A stretch of DNA of 64,000 nucleotides from an uncultured delta proteobacterium (GCA_963785725.1 CAWAWS010000016.1:192001-256000); one strand, 5' to 3'; shown: positions 19,040 through 27,778, counted from the first letter of the stretch. Numbers and translations are program-made. The notes: a model not told the origin generated them from the letters alone.

Positions 19040-21043
19040 ATGGAAATGACGTTCGACGGCCCCGCCCGCGGCGGTTCGCAGCCCGCGGCCGGGAGGTCGA
19101 GCCAACGCCTCGCCCCCGGCGTACGGCTCAATGATCGTTACGAGATCGAGGAGCTCCTCGGCCCCAGCCCCTACGGCGAGAATTATCGCGCCCGGGATTT
19201 GGCCTCGGGACAGCTGGTCGCCATCAAGGCGCTGGCCCCGGGCTTGGTGGCCGATGCGCCGACGATGGAGCGGCTGACGGCCGAGATCGCCGTCGCCGCC
19301 CAGCTCGATCACAAGAACATCGCCACGACCTACGGCCTCTTCGGCGCGCAGGTCGGCAACGATCCGGTCGCGTACATCGCCGGCGAGTTCGTCGACGGGC
19401 AAAGTTTGCGCGAGATGCTCGACAAGAAGCGCGCGACCGGCCGCGCCTTCTCGCTCAAGGGCGCCTACAACGTCATCGCTCACCTGTGCAACGCGCTCGT
19501 CTACGCGCACGGCGCGACGGTGCACGGCGCGCTCACGCCCGACGCCGTCATGGTCAATTCGGCCGGCCGCGTCAAAGTGTGCGACTTCGGCCTCGGCCGC
19601 GCGCTCAAGCCGACGTTCGACCCCGGCTCGCTGGCCGCGCTGGCGCCCGAGTCGAGCCGCGGCCCCGACGCGCTCGACGCGCGCGCCGACGTCTACTCGG
19701 TCGGCGTCATCCTGTTCGAGCTGCTGACCGGCCTCGTGCCGGCGCCGGCGACGACGAAGGCGCCGAGCTTGGCCGCGCCGGGCGTGGCGCCGTCGGTCGA
19801 TCCGGTGGTCGAGCAGTGCTTGCAGGTCGCGCCCGATGCCCGCTTCGCCGACGCGCAGACGCTCAAAGACGCGCTGCAGACGGCGTTGGCGGCCGATCTC
19901 GCGGGCCCGAACGCGCAGGCCGCCGCGGCGATTCCGGCGGCCAACAAGCCGCAGCCGAACGCGAGCGCCATGTCGTCGGCCCCGAAGCAGCCGTCGGCGC
20001 CCATGAAGCCGATGCCGATGGTGAACACGCCGACGCCGCCGCCCAGGCCGGTGGTGACGCCGACGCCGCCGCCGATCTCCTCGGCGCCCAAGCCGCCGAT
20101 GCCGCAGCGGCCGCCGCAGACACCGCCGCCGCAGCAGCAGCTGGCGCCGGGACAGTCGGGATCGATGTCGCGGCCGCAGCTGCCGTCGGTGCCGAAGTCT
20201 TTCAACGTCGACGCCGCGCTCTCCGCCGTCGACGACACGAGCGAGCGCTGGCTGATTCAGAAGGACAAGCTCGACTTCGGGCCCTTCAACATGCGCGAAG
20301 TGCGCTCGCAGATCGAGACCGGCAAGATCCAAGGCGAGCACGTCATCATCGACACCGAGAACGGCGAGCGGCGCAAGGTCAAGGACCACCCGCAGCTGCG
20401 CGCCGCCGTGACCGAGGCCGAAGCCCGCCTCTCGCTCGAGCAGCGCGAAAAAGAGGAAGCCTCCGAGCGCAAGAAGCACCGCGGCATGATCACGGTCTTG
20501 CTCGCCGGCATCTTCCTCGCCGTGATCTTCGGCGGCGGCGGAATCTTCTGGTATTACCAGCATCACCAGAAGGTCGTCGTGCAAAAGGAGCTGGTGCGCG
20601 ACGACTCCTACGACTTCATGAAGGGCGTCGAGATCTCGATGAAGGTCGATCCGCCCGCGCCCAAAAAGCCCGGCGGCGGCCACTCCGGTCCGCGCAAGTC
20701 GAAGAACGGCAAGGACGAGTTCAGCGACGTCACCAACTTGGGCGACGCGTCGGAGGGCGGCGGCGAGGAGACGCTCGGGCAGGACGTCGTGCAGCGCGTG
20801 ATGACGCAGAACTTCCGCGTCCTCGTCGGCTGCATCTCCGAAGAGCGGCGGCGCAACTCGTCGCTGCACGCCGTCGACATGGACTTCATCATCAAAGGCT
20901 CGGGCCAGGTCTCGGCGGTCAAGGTCAACGGCTCGACGTCGTCGACGCTCGCCGGCTGCATGTACGGCAAGATGCAGTCGGTCGCCTTCCCCAAGTTCAA
21001 CGGCAACAAGACGCACGCAAGCTTCTCGCTGGCCCTCAAGTAG
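19040..21043 (+). CDS. Kinase-fold (probable pseudokinase) + Pro-rich linker + GYF-like + TM + AgmX/PglI(TonB_C)-like protein
   Basis: VAIK and DFG are intact; Gly loop reads LGPSPYG and catalytic loop HGALTPDAV. WLIQKDKLDFGPF is GYF_2-like. C-terminus GC...LAGCMYGKMQSVAFPKF. Confidence 0.8.
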   Translation: MEMTFDGPARGGSQPAAGRSSQRLAPGVRLNDRYEIEELLGPSPYGENYRARDLASGQLVAIKALAPGLVADAPTMERLTAEIAVAAQLDHKNIATTYGLFGAQVGNDPVAYIAGEFVDGQSLREMLDKKRATGRAFSLKGAYNVIAHLCNALVYAHGATVHGALTPDAVMVNSAGRVKVCDFGLGRALKPTFDPGSLAALAPESSRGPDALDARADVYSVGVILFELLTGLVPAPATTKAPSLAAPGVAPSVDPVVEQCLQVAPDARFADAQTLKDALQTALAADLAGPNAQAAAAIPAANKPQPNASAMSSAPKQPSAPMKPMPMVNTPTPPPRPVVTPTPPPISSAPKPPMPQRPPQTPPPQQQLAPGQSGSMSRPQLPSVPKSFNVDAALSAVDDTSERWLIQKDKLDFGPFNMREVRSQIETGKIQGEHVIIDTENGERRKVKDHPQLRAAVTEAEARLSLEQREKEEASERKKHRGMITVLLAGIFLAVIFGGGGIFWYYQHHQKVVVQKELVRDDSYDFMKGVEISMKVDPPAPKKPGGGHSGPRKSKNGKDEFSDVTNLGDASEGGGEETLGQDVVQRVMTQNFRVLVGCISEERRRNSSLHAVDMDFIIKGSGQVSAVKVNGSTSSTLAGCMYGKMQSVAFPKFNGNKTHASFSLALK

Positions 21044-21045
21044 CA

Positions 21046-22836
21046 ATGCAAATTCGCGATCGACCCAAGGCCGGAGCGTGGTTGGGCTTCGCCTTGAGTG
21101 TCCTGTTCGCGTCGGTGCTGGTCCCGCTGACCACGTTCGAGCTGTGGCAGGACCGCGCCGTCGACGCCGCCGGCCGCGCCGTCTTCACGGTGCGCTTGCC
21201 GGAGATGGGCGTCTGGCGCGACACGCTCGTCGGCAGCCGCTTCGAGCATCGGCGCGTGCTCGTGCCGCGCGGCGAATTGGTGGACGCGGCCGAGCGGCGG
21301 CTCATCAACGCCTACGAAATCGGGCGCCGGCCGCCGTCGCTGGGCCTGCTGCTCGGTCTGGCGATCGCCTACTTCATGCTGGGCATGCTGCTCACGTCGT
21401 ATCTGCGCAACTTCGGTTATCGCGGACGACGATTACGCACGCAGATCGTCATGCTCGCCTGTCTCGTCGCCGCGGCGGCGATCTACAAGGCGTACCTGCT
21501 GCTGACGCCCTACCCCGCCTATTGGCTGCCGATTGGCGCGTTCTCGATCGCGGTCGCCGTTCATCATGACCGGCAGGTCGCCTTCGCGGGCACCGTGGCT
21601 TTGTCGTTCCTGGTCGGCTCGCTCATCCCGTTCGATCTCGGTCTGGCGCTGGTGCTACTGCTGCAAGGCTTTGGCGCCATCATGTTCTTGAGCCACCCGC
21701 GGCGTTGGTGGGGCTTGGTGACGGCCGGGCTCGGCGGCGGCATGCTGGCTGCGCTCGGCTACCTCGCGCTCTACTGCCTCGTGCGCGGCCGCCTGCCTGA
21801 CGAGGACACGGCGTCGCTGATGACGTCGGGCTTGGCCGGCGCGTTCGGCGGCGGCGTCGCGGCGGGCCTGCTCGCCATCGTCGTCGCGCCGCTGCTCGAG
21901 CGCGCGCTCGGCGAGGTCTCGCGCACGACGCTGCTCGAGCTGACCGATCTGAATCACCCGCTGCTCAAGCGCATCGCCACGGCCTCGCCGGGAACGTGGG
22001 CGCACTCGCTGGCGATGGCGAACATGGCCGAGCTCGCCGCCACGGCGATCGGCGCCAATGCGCTGCTGACCCGCGTCGGCGCCTACTTTCACGATCTCGG
22101 CAAGTCGTCGGCGCCGCAGTATTACATCGAGAACTTGCACGCCGGCGAGCCCTCGCCGCACGACGCGCTCGATCCCGACGTCTCGGCCGACGCCATCTTC
22201 GCCCACTGTACCGAGGGTGTGCGGCTCGGACGCGGCGCGGGAATTCCCGAGCCGGTGCTCGACTTCATGCACATGCATCACGGCAACGGGCTGCTCGAGT
22301 ACTTCTGGCACAAGAATCAGGAGCTGGGGAACCCGAAGCGCCTGTCGGAGAAGGCGTTCCGCTATCCGGGCCTGCCGCCGCAGACGAAAGAGACGGCGAT
22401 TTTGGCGATCTGCGACGCGGTCGAAGCGGCCTCGCGCACGCTCAAGCAGCCGGCGGAGCGCGATCTGACGAACCTCGTGCAGCGCATCGTGTTCGGAAAG
22501 CTGCGCTTGGGTCAGCTCGATCAGTCGGGGCTGACGTCGGCCGACCTGAAGGCGCTGTGCAACTCGCTCGTCGACACGCTGAAGAACTCGTTCCACGTGC
22601 GCATCGAGTATCCGTGGCAGAAGGAAGAGCGCGCGGCGCAGGCCGCCGAAGCGGCCGCGCAAGCCGCCGCCGCGCCTGCCGAGGCCGGCGGACAAGCGGA
22701 TGCGACGGCGCACCCGAGCGTCGAAGCGCCCGGGCCGACCATCACGCAGCGGCTGTTCGTCGAAGAGCGGCTGGACTCGGCCGATTCACCGCGGCCGAAT
22801 CCCGAAGCCAAAGCTGCGAAGACTAAAGTTTCGTAA
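21046..22836 (+). CDS. 7TM-HD (HDIG) membrane phosphohydrolase, PgpH-like
   Basis: About 7-8 hydrophobic segments, then LLELTDLNHPLL, PGTWAHS, FHDLGK, H, HHG, FRYPG, ICDAVEAASR. Confidence 0.88.
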   Translation: MQIRDRPKAGAWLGFALSVLFASVLVPLTTFELWQDRAVDAAGRAVFTVRLPEMGVWRDTLVGSRFEHRRVLVPRGELVDAAERRLINAYEIGRRPPSLGLLLGLAIAYFMLGMLLTSYLRNFGYRGRRLRTQIVMLACLVAAAAIYKAYLLLTPYPAYWLPIGAFSIAVAVHHDRQVAFAGTVALSFLVGSLIPFDLGLALVLLLQGFGAIMFLSHPRRWWGLVTAGLGGGMLAALGYLALYCLVRGRLPDEDTASLMTSGLAGAFGGGVAAGLLAIVVAPLLERALGEVSRTTLLELTDLNHPLLKRIATASPGTWAHSLAMANMAELAATAIGANALLTRVGAYFHDLGKSSAPQYYIENLHAGEPSPHDALDPDVSADAIFAHCTEGVRLGRGAGIPEPVLDFMHMHHGNGLLEYFWHKNQELGNPKRLSEKAFRYPGLPPQTKETAILAICDAVEAASRTLKQPAERDLTNLVQRIVFGKLRLGQLDQSGLTSADLKALCNSLVDTLKNSFHVRIEYPWQKEERAAQAAEAAAQAAAAPAEAGGQADATAHPSVEAPGPTITQRLFVEERLDSADSPRPNPEAKAAKTKVS

Positions 22837-23107
22837 AGCCGGCGCCGCCGAGCTTGTGGCGCGACTCGGCGCCGCCGAACTTGAAGCCGACGACCTGATC
22901 GGCGCTGAAGTAATAGCGCTCGCCCTTGTGGGTCAAGAACACGACTTCGCTGCCGATCTCGATGCGCGAGATGCGCGCGATCTGCAGCGTCTCTTGGCCG
23001 AGCGAGATGTAGGCGTTGGCCTCGACCTCCTCGGGAAACACGTAGCCGTTGCCGTCCTTCTTCACCATCGGGGCGGTCGTCAGGACTTTTTCGATCGATA
23101 GCGCCAT
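22823..23107 (-). CDS. Small hypothetical protein (94 aa)
   Basis: Good codon bias, protein-like composition; TATTGT lies 6 nt upstream of the ATG. Confidence 0.75.
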   Translation of the reverse strand: MALSIEKVLTTAPMVKKDGNGYVFPEEVEANAYISLGQETLQIARISRIEIGSEVVFLTHKGERYYFSADQVVGFKFGGAESRHKLGGAGFTKL

Positions 23108-23465
23108 GGGGCGACAATAAGGCGGAACCCAGCGCGCGTCCAGCAGCCGCGCACGCCCGCGATTGGCGCGTATTTACGGATACGAATCGCGCCAACCGAC
23201 GTCCGGCGCTACTTTGCATGTGTCGTTCGCAGAAGTTCGCTCGACACGCGAGCTAGCCGAGCTGAATCGCGCTCAGCCGCATGGGACGGCAACTTGCGCG
23301 ATCGGGGCCGATCGAGCGCGTGGCCCAGCGCGTTGCAACGGACGGATATCCCCAGGGTGTGAATTCCCGTGGGAAACTTTTTCATCATCGCAGTGACCCG
23401 ATCGAGGCGCGCGAAATCGTTGGCGACGGCGGTCAGTTCACAGTTGTGGACAGCCTGTGCGGCGC

Positions 23466-23494
23466 TTGCGTCGGCGGAGGCGCGGTCCTACTCT
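23466..23494 (+). promoter_or_regulatory. Sigma70-like promoter for the putative large ncRNA
   Basis: TTGCGT (23466-71) - 17 nt - TACTCT (23489-94). Predicted +1 near 23501 coincides with the first base of the closing helix. Confidence 0.65.
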
Positions 23495-23500
23495 CATCGA

Positions 23501-24113
23501 GTCGGGCGGTACGACGACGAGCCAAGAACCTCGCAGGGGGATCTCGACCTCGGAAGAGGACGAGACTGTCGGCGGCGAAGCAGACTCTGGAGCGCAGGAC
23601 GCGGGCGACTTTGGCCGCCGGCCTCGAAAGCGCACGAGAGGTGACGCCCAAAAGCGTCCATCGCCACCGGTCGGCAATCCCTCAGGGAGGACACGGCGAC
23701 GGCAGCGGGCCGGCAATCTAAACCGTCGCAGGCAGCGCAGCGTTGACGCAACATCCCACGCACCACGCTGAAAATGCGTGGGGGCGCGGTGGTGGGAAAC
23801 CTCAGGAGAGGCGCCCGTGGAGGCGGGCAAGGCGGCTCGGCAAGGACCCTGAAGGAGGCTGCAACCGCAAGAGAGGATCGCCGACTGGTCAAACGGTCGG
23901 ACGAGGGACGACGAGGGAACACCGCGAAGCGTGGGACGATGTCCGAGCGCATGGCGGGAGCGGCGAAAACCTGAGCCGCTACTTCACGTCCCGATAAGAC
24001 TCTGCAGCGGGCGGTAACTTCACGAGGGGCGCGGCGGCTCACGAGCGATCGGGAGCGCCGGCCGAGTACGCTGAAGTCTCTGGAGAGGCGGCTCGTCGTC
24101 GTGGCGCGCCGGC
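23501..24113 (+). ncRNA. Putative large (~610 nt) structured non-coding RNA, class unassigned
   Basis: Perfect 13-bp pairing ACGACGACGAGCC (23511-23523) / GGCTCGTCGTCGT (24090-24102), extendable to 23501/24113. At least 7 internal helices, repeated motifs, own promoter, no credible ORF. Confidence 0.75.
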
Positions 24114-24136
24114 GTATGCCGGCGTAGACTGCGGGC

Positions 24137-26548
24137 GTGAAGCGCTTGGGCCTCGTCGCTGCGCTGTCGCTGTCCGCACTCTTGTCGCGACGCGCGTCGA
24201 CGGCCGAGCTCTTCTCGAGCCTGGACGCGCTGGCCGGGCAGCTCAAGAACGGCGACTCGGTGCAGCGGCGCGAAGCGGTCGACAAGCTCGACGCCTATGG
24301 TGCCGACGATGCGCGACCGCTCCTCTTGCGCGCGCTCGGCGACAGCGACACCGACGTGCGGGTGCACGCGGCCACGGCCATTGGGCGGCACCATGTCGCC
24401 GAGGCCACGGCCGGGTTGACGGCGGCGCTGGGCGACTCCGATTCGCGCTTGCGGACGAGCGCGGCGGAGGCGCTGGGCCTCGTGCTCGAAGGGCCGGCCG
24501 CGGGCGATCCGCCGGCGACGACCTTGCGCGCGGTCGATGCGCTCGAGCGCGCGCTCGGCGACGGTGAGCACGAGGTGCGCGAGGCCGCGGTGGGCGCGCT
24601 CGGGCGCTTGCCGGCGACGATGGGACGCCGCGCCGCGGTGGCGTTGACCGGTCGGCTCGACGACGAAGCCGCCGGCGTGCGCCAGCGCGCGGCCGAAGTC
24701 TTGGGCCGCATGGGCGAGACGCGCGCGACGGTGCCGCTGTTGGCGCGGCTCGGCGATCCGACGCGTGAGGTGCGCGCGGCGGCGCTCGAGGCGCTGGCGC
24801 TGCTCGGCGATCCGCACGCGGTGCCGGCGATGGTGCGCATGCTGCGCGATCCGGCCGACGACGTGCGCGCGACGGCGGTGACGGCGCTCGGTCGGCTGCG
24901 CGCAGCGACGGCGATTGGGCCGCTCGACGAGACGATGCTGCACGGCCAGCCCGACGCCCTGCGCGTGCGTGCGGCCTATGCGCTCGGTCAAATCGCCAGC
25001 GCTGGCGCCCGCAGCGACAACGCCAGCGCCAACGGTGTCACGGCGGTCGACGCGCTCTTGAGCGCGCTCGGACGCGATGAGCTGAGCGCGGCGGCGAGCG
25101 AAGCCTTGGTGCGCGCCGGCGGCGCGGCGGTTCCGGCGCTGCTGGCGCGGCTGCCCGAGGCGTCGAACGAGCGCGCGACACTGTATCTCGACCTGCTGCG
25201 CCAAATCGGCGACACGCGCGCGACGCCGGCCCTGCTCGACGAATTGGGCCGTGGCCGCATCGGCGAGGAGCCGATCGTCGACGCCTTGGGCGCCATGTTG
25301 CACGCCGGTGACAAGCGGCCGCTCGTCGAGCTGGTGGCGCGGCTGGGTTCGTCGTCACCGTCGCTCAGGCGGCATGCGGCGCTGGCGTTGCAAGGTGTCG
25401 TCGACACGCGGGCGACGGCGGCGTTGACGGCGGCGGCCAGCGACACGGAAGCGCCGGTGCGCCTCATGGCCATCGGCGAGCTCGGTCGGCTCGGCGCGCG
25501 CGACGCCTTGGCGACGCTGGCGCGCGTGCTCGCCAGCGGCGACGACGAGACCGCCGCGGCCGCCGCGCACGCGCTCGGCCAGCTCGACGATCGGCGCGCG
25601 ACCGCCCCGCTCGTCGCCGCGCTCGGCCGACCGGAGCGACGGGTGCGGCGAGAGGCGGCCGACGCGCTGGCGCACCTCGGTGACGCGTCGGTCGCGCCCG
25701 CGATCATGCGCGCCGTGCGCTCGAGCGCGCCCGATTGTCGCGCCGGCGCCATCGTCGCGCTCGGCGGCGTGCTGCGCCATCACAGCGACAGCTCGGCGCG
25801 CGAGCTGCTGCTCGGTTACGCCGAGGGCAGCGACGCCGCGGCGGCGTTGGCCGCCATCGACGCGCTCGGCGCGATGGGCGACGCGACCGCCGCGCCGCGC
25901 CTCGTGCACCTCGTCGACGGTCGCGCCGACACGGGCTTGCGGCAGCGCGCGCTGGCGGCCCTCGGCAACCTCGACAGCGACGACGCCACGCGCACGCTCG
26001 CCGCGATCCTTGCCGCCGACGTCGATCCCCGCCTGCGCGCCGAGGCCGCTTGGGCGCTCGGCAAACGCGCGCGCGCCGCCGCGACGACAACGCCGCTCTT
26101 GACCGCGGCGCTGCAGTCGCCGACGCCGGCCGTGCGCGCGAACGCGGCCGCCGCGCTCTATCGGCTGCAGCGCGCGCCCGGCCTGCTTACGCGCCTCATC
26201 GACGATCGGGATCCGGCCGTGCGTGGCAACGCGGCGCTGGCGCTCGCGCACACGCCGGCTGCGCATGCCGCGCTGGCGCGTCTGGCCGCTGAGGACGACG
26301 ATCGACTGACCCGCGCGGCCGCCAAATCGGCCCTGCAAGCGCATTCACCGGTGACAGGTAACGACTGGATCGCGCTCGATGTCGTCGACTTCGACGGCTC
26401 GCCCTTGAGCGACGCGCGTTACCGCTTGGCGCTGCCCGATGGTCTCGTCAAAGTGGGCGTGACCGATGAACGCGGCGTCGTGACCGAGGAAGCGCTGCCG
26501 ACCGGCGGCTGCGCGCTCGTGCTCGACGAAGCCGCGGCCGCGCGCTAG
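24137..26548 (+). CDS. Exported HEAT/PBS-lyase repeat protein (803 aa)
   Basis: Signal peptide; about 20 repeats of L-x-D-x-D-xx-VR-xx-AA-x-ALG. Confidence 0.9.
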   Translation: MKRLGLVAALSLSALLSRRASTAELFSSLDALAGQLKNGDSVQRREAVDKLDAYGADDARPLLLRALGDSDTDVRVHAATAIGRHHVAEATAGLTAALGDSDSRLRTSAAEALGLVLEGPAAGDPPATTLRAVDALERALGDGEHEVREAAVGALGRLPATMGRRAAVALTGRLDDEAAGVRQRAAEVLGRMGETRATVPLLARLGDPTREVRAAALEALALLGDPHAVPAMVRMLRDPADDVRATAVTALGRLRAATAIGPLDETMLHGQPDALRVRAAYALGQIASAGARSDNASANGVTAVDALLSALGRDELSAAASEALVRAGGAAVPALLARLPEASNERATLYLDLLRQIGDTRATPALLDELGRGRIGEEPIVDALGAMLHAGDKRPLVELVARLGSSSPSLRRHAALALQGVVDTRATAALTAAASDTEAPVRLMAIGELGRLGARDALATLARVLASGDDETAAAAAHALGQLDDRRATAPLVAALGRPERRVRREAADALAHLGDASVAPAIMRAVRSSAPDCRAGAIVALGGVLRHHSDSSARELLLGYAEGSDAAAALAAIDALGAMGDATAAPRLVHLVDGRADTGLRQRALAALGNLDSDDATRTLAAILAADVDPRLRAEAAWALGKRARAAATTTPLLTAALQSPTPAVRANAAAALYRLQRAPGLLTRLIDDRDPAVRGNAALALAHTPAAHAALARLAAEDDDRLTRAAAKSALQAHSPVTGNDWIALDVVDFDGSPLSDARYRLALPDGLVKVGVTDERGVVTEEALPTGGCALVLDEAAAAR

Positions 26549-26557
26549 ATTCGCCGG

Positions 26558-27325
26558 ATGAGCTGGGCCGCCGTCGTCATCCCGATGATCCCCGGCGTCA
26601 TCTGGCTCTGGATCTTCTACCGCACCGATCAGTACGAGCCGGAGCCGAAGCGCCTCGTGTTGGCGACGTTCGCGCTCGGCGTGCTCGCGATCCTGCCCGC
26701 GTACGGCGCCGAGCAGCTCATCGGCATGGCCTACCCGTTCCTCGATCAGATCGAGCACGCGGCACAAAGTGGCAGCGGCTCGGCGTGGCCCATGCTCGTC
26801 GGCTGCTTCTTCATCATCGGCCCGTGCGAAGAGCTGGCGAAGTTCCTCGCCGTGCGCCTCTTCATCTACCGCCACAAGGAGTTCAACGAGCCGCTCGACG
26901 GCATCATCTACGCCGCCGCCGCCGCGCTCGGCTTCGCCAGCCTCGAGAATGTCCTCTACGTCTTCGATTGGCACACGGCGCACTTGAACTGGAGCGCGCT
27001 CGGCATTCGCTCGCTGCTCGCCCTACCCGGCCACGTCATCTTCGCCACGACCTGGGGTTACGCGCTCGGCCGCCAGAAGTTCGACGCGAAATATCGCGTG
27101 TGGCCGATGGTGATCGTGTCGATGATGCTGCACGGACTCTACGACTTCTTGGCGATGTACGGGCCCACGCGCCGCTTCGTGCTGCTCTACATGTGCGTCA
27201 TGGTGCCGGTGATCGTGCGGCAGATTAGGCTACTGCGCGCTGATTCGCCGTTTGCACCCGGCTTGGCGGAGCTGCCTCGGCCGCGTGCCGCAGCCGACGC
27301 CGCGCGCGGTGAAGACGCGACATGA
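26558..27325 (+). CDS. prsW: PrsW-family intramembrane glutamic protease
   Basis: DQYEPEP, GPCEELAK, DGIIY..AAALGFASLEN, PGH, LHGLYD. Confidence 0.9.
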   Translation: MSWAAVVIPMIPGVIWLWIFYRTDQYEPEPKRLVLATFALGVLAILPAYGAEQLIGMAYPFLDQIEHAAQSGSGSAWPMLVGCFFIIGPCEELAKFLAVRLFIYRHKEFNEPLDGIIYAAAAALGFASLENVLYVFDWHTAHLNWSALGIRSLLALPGHVIFATTWGYALGRQKFDAKYRVWPMVIVSMMLHGLYDFLAMYGPTRRFVLLYMCVMVPVIVRQIRLLRADSPFAPGLAELPRPRAAADAARGEDAT

Positions 27326-27749
27326 CCGTGCCGATCGGGCAATCGAGCGCGCGCGCGATCTCGCGGTAGCTCAGCTCGTCGACGTCGGCCAGCTCGATCA
27401 TGCGGCGCTCGGCCGGCGCCAGCGCCGACAGCGCGCGCACGAGCGTGCCTTCGTCGATCTCGTCGTGCGGCTCGGCCACCGTCGGCTCGGCCGAGCGGGT
27501 CAGGACGCGCGTGCGCAGCCGCTCGTCACGCGCGCGCCGGCGCTGCTCGCTGACGGCCAGGTTGCACAAGATGCGCATCAGCCAGGCGCGGCCGTTGGTG
27601 CCGCTGCGATAGCGATGGCGCGCCGTCAACGCGCGGGCGAACGTCTCCTGCACCAAATCATCGGCGTCGGCGTAGGACATGCGCCGCGCCAGACGCAACA
27701 GCGCCGGACCATGCGGCATCAGCTCGGCTTCGAACTCTTGCAGCTCCAT
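27225..27749 (-). CDS. ECF RNA polymerase sigma factor
   Basis: DADDLVQETF, AWLMRILCN, LSYREIARALDCPIGTVMSRLHRARRRL. Confidence 0.92.
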   Translation of the reverse strand: MELQEFEAELMPHGPALLRLARRMSYADADDLVQETFARALTARHRYRSGTNGRAWLMRILCNLAVSEQRRRARDERLRTRVLTRSAEPTVAEPHDEIDEGTLVRALSALAPAERRMIELADVDELSYREIARALDCPIGTVMSRLHRARRRLRHAAEAAPPSRVQTANQRAVA

Positions 27750-27762
27750 GCGACCTGCCTTG

Positions 27763-27778
27763 AGCAACTGGCGTGCCG
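27763..27778 (-). promoter_or_regulatory. Sigma54-like -24/-12 promoter upstream of the ECF sigma gene
   Basis: Minus strand CGGCACG-CCAG-TTGCT, with GG-N10-GC spacing matching the TGGCACG-N4-TTGC consensus. Confidence 0.55.

Noticed and set aside
23321..23336. Sigma54-like TGGCCC...TTGC upstream of the ncRNA
   Set aside because: GG-to-GC spacing is 11 nt rather than the required 10.
23501..24113. Identification as RNase P RNA, tmRNA, SRP/6S or a group I/II intron
   Set aside because: No GAGGAAAGUCC or terminal P4 signature, no tRNA-like ends or CCA, too long for SRP/6S, no GUGYG start or domain V, and no interrupted host gene. Judged by eye; an Rfam search is still needed.
23501..24113. 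MITE or IS element interpretation of the terminal complementarity
   Set aside because: The outer terminal pairing relies on G-U pairs and a bulge, no target-site duplication or transposase is visible, and the promoter sits exactly at the 5' boundary. Not fully excluded without a genome-wide copy count.
23163..24285. ORFs across the intergenic region (e.g. 23281-23721, 23457-23771, 23743-23997, 23494-24285 minus)
   Set aside because: Arg/Gly/Ser-rich low-information translations with no domain motifs and no GC3 bias; better explained as shadows of a structured RNA.
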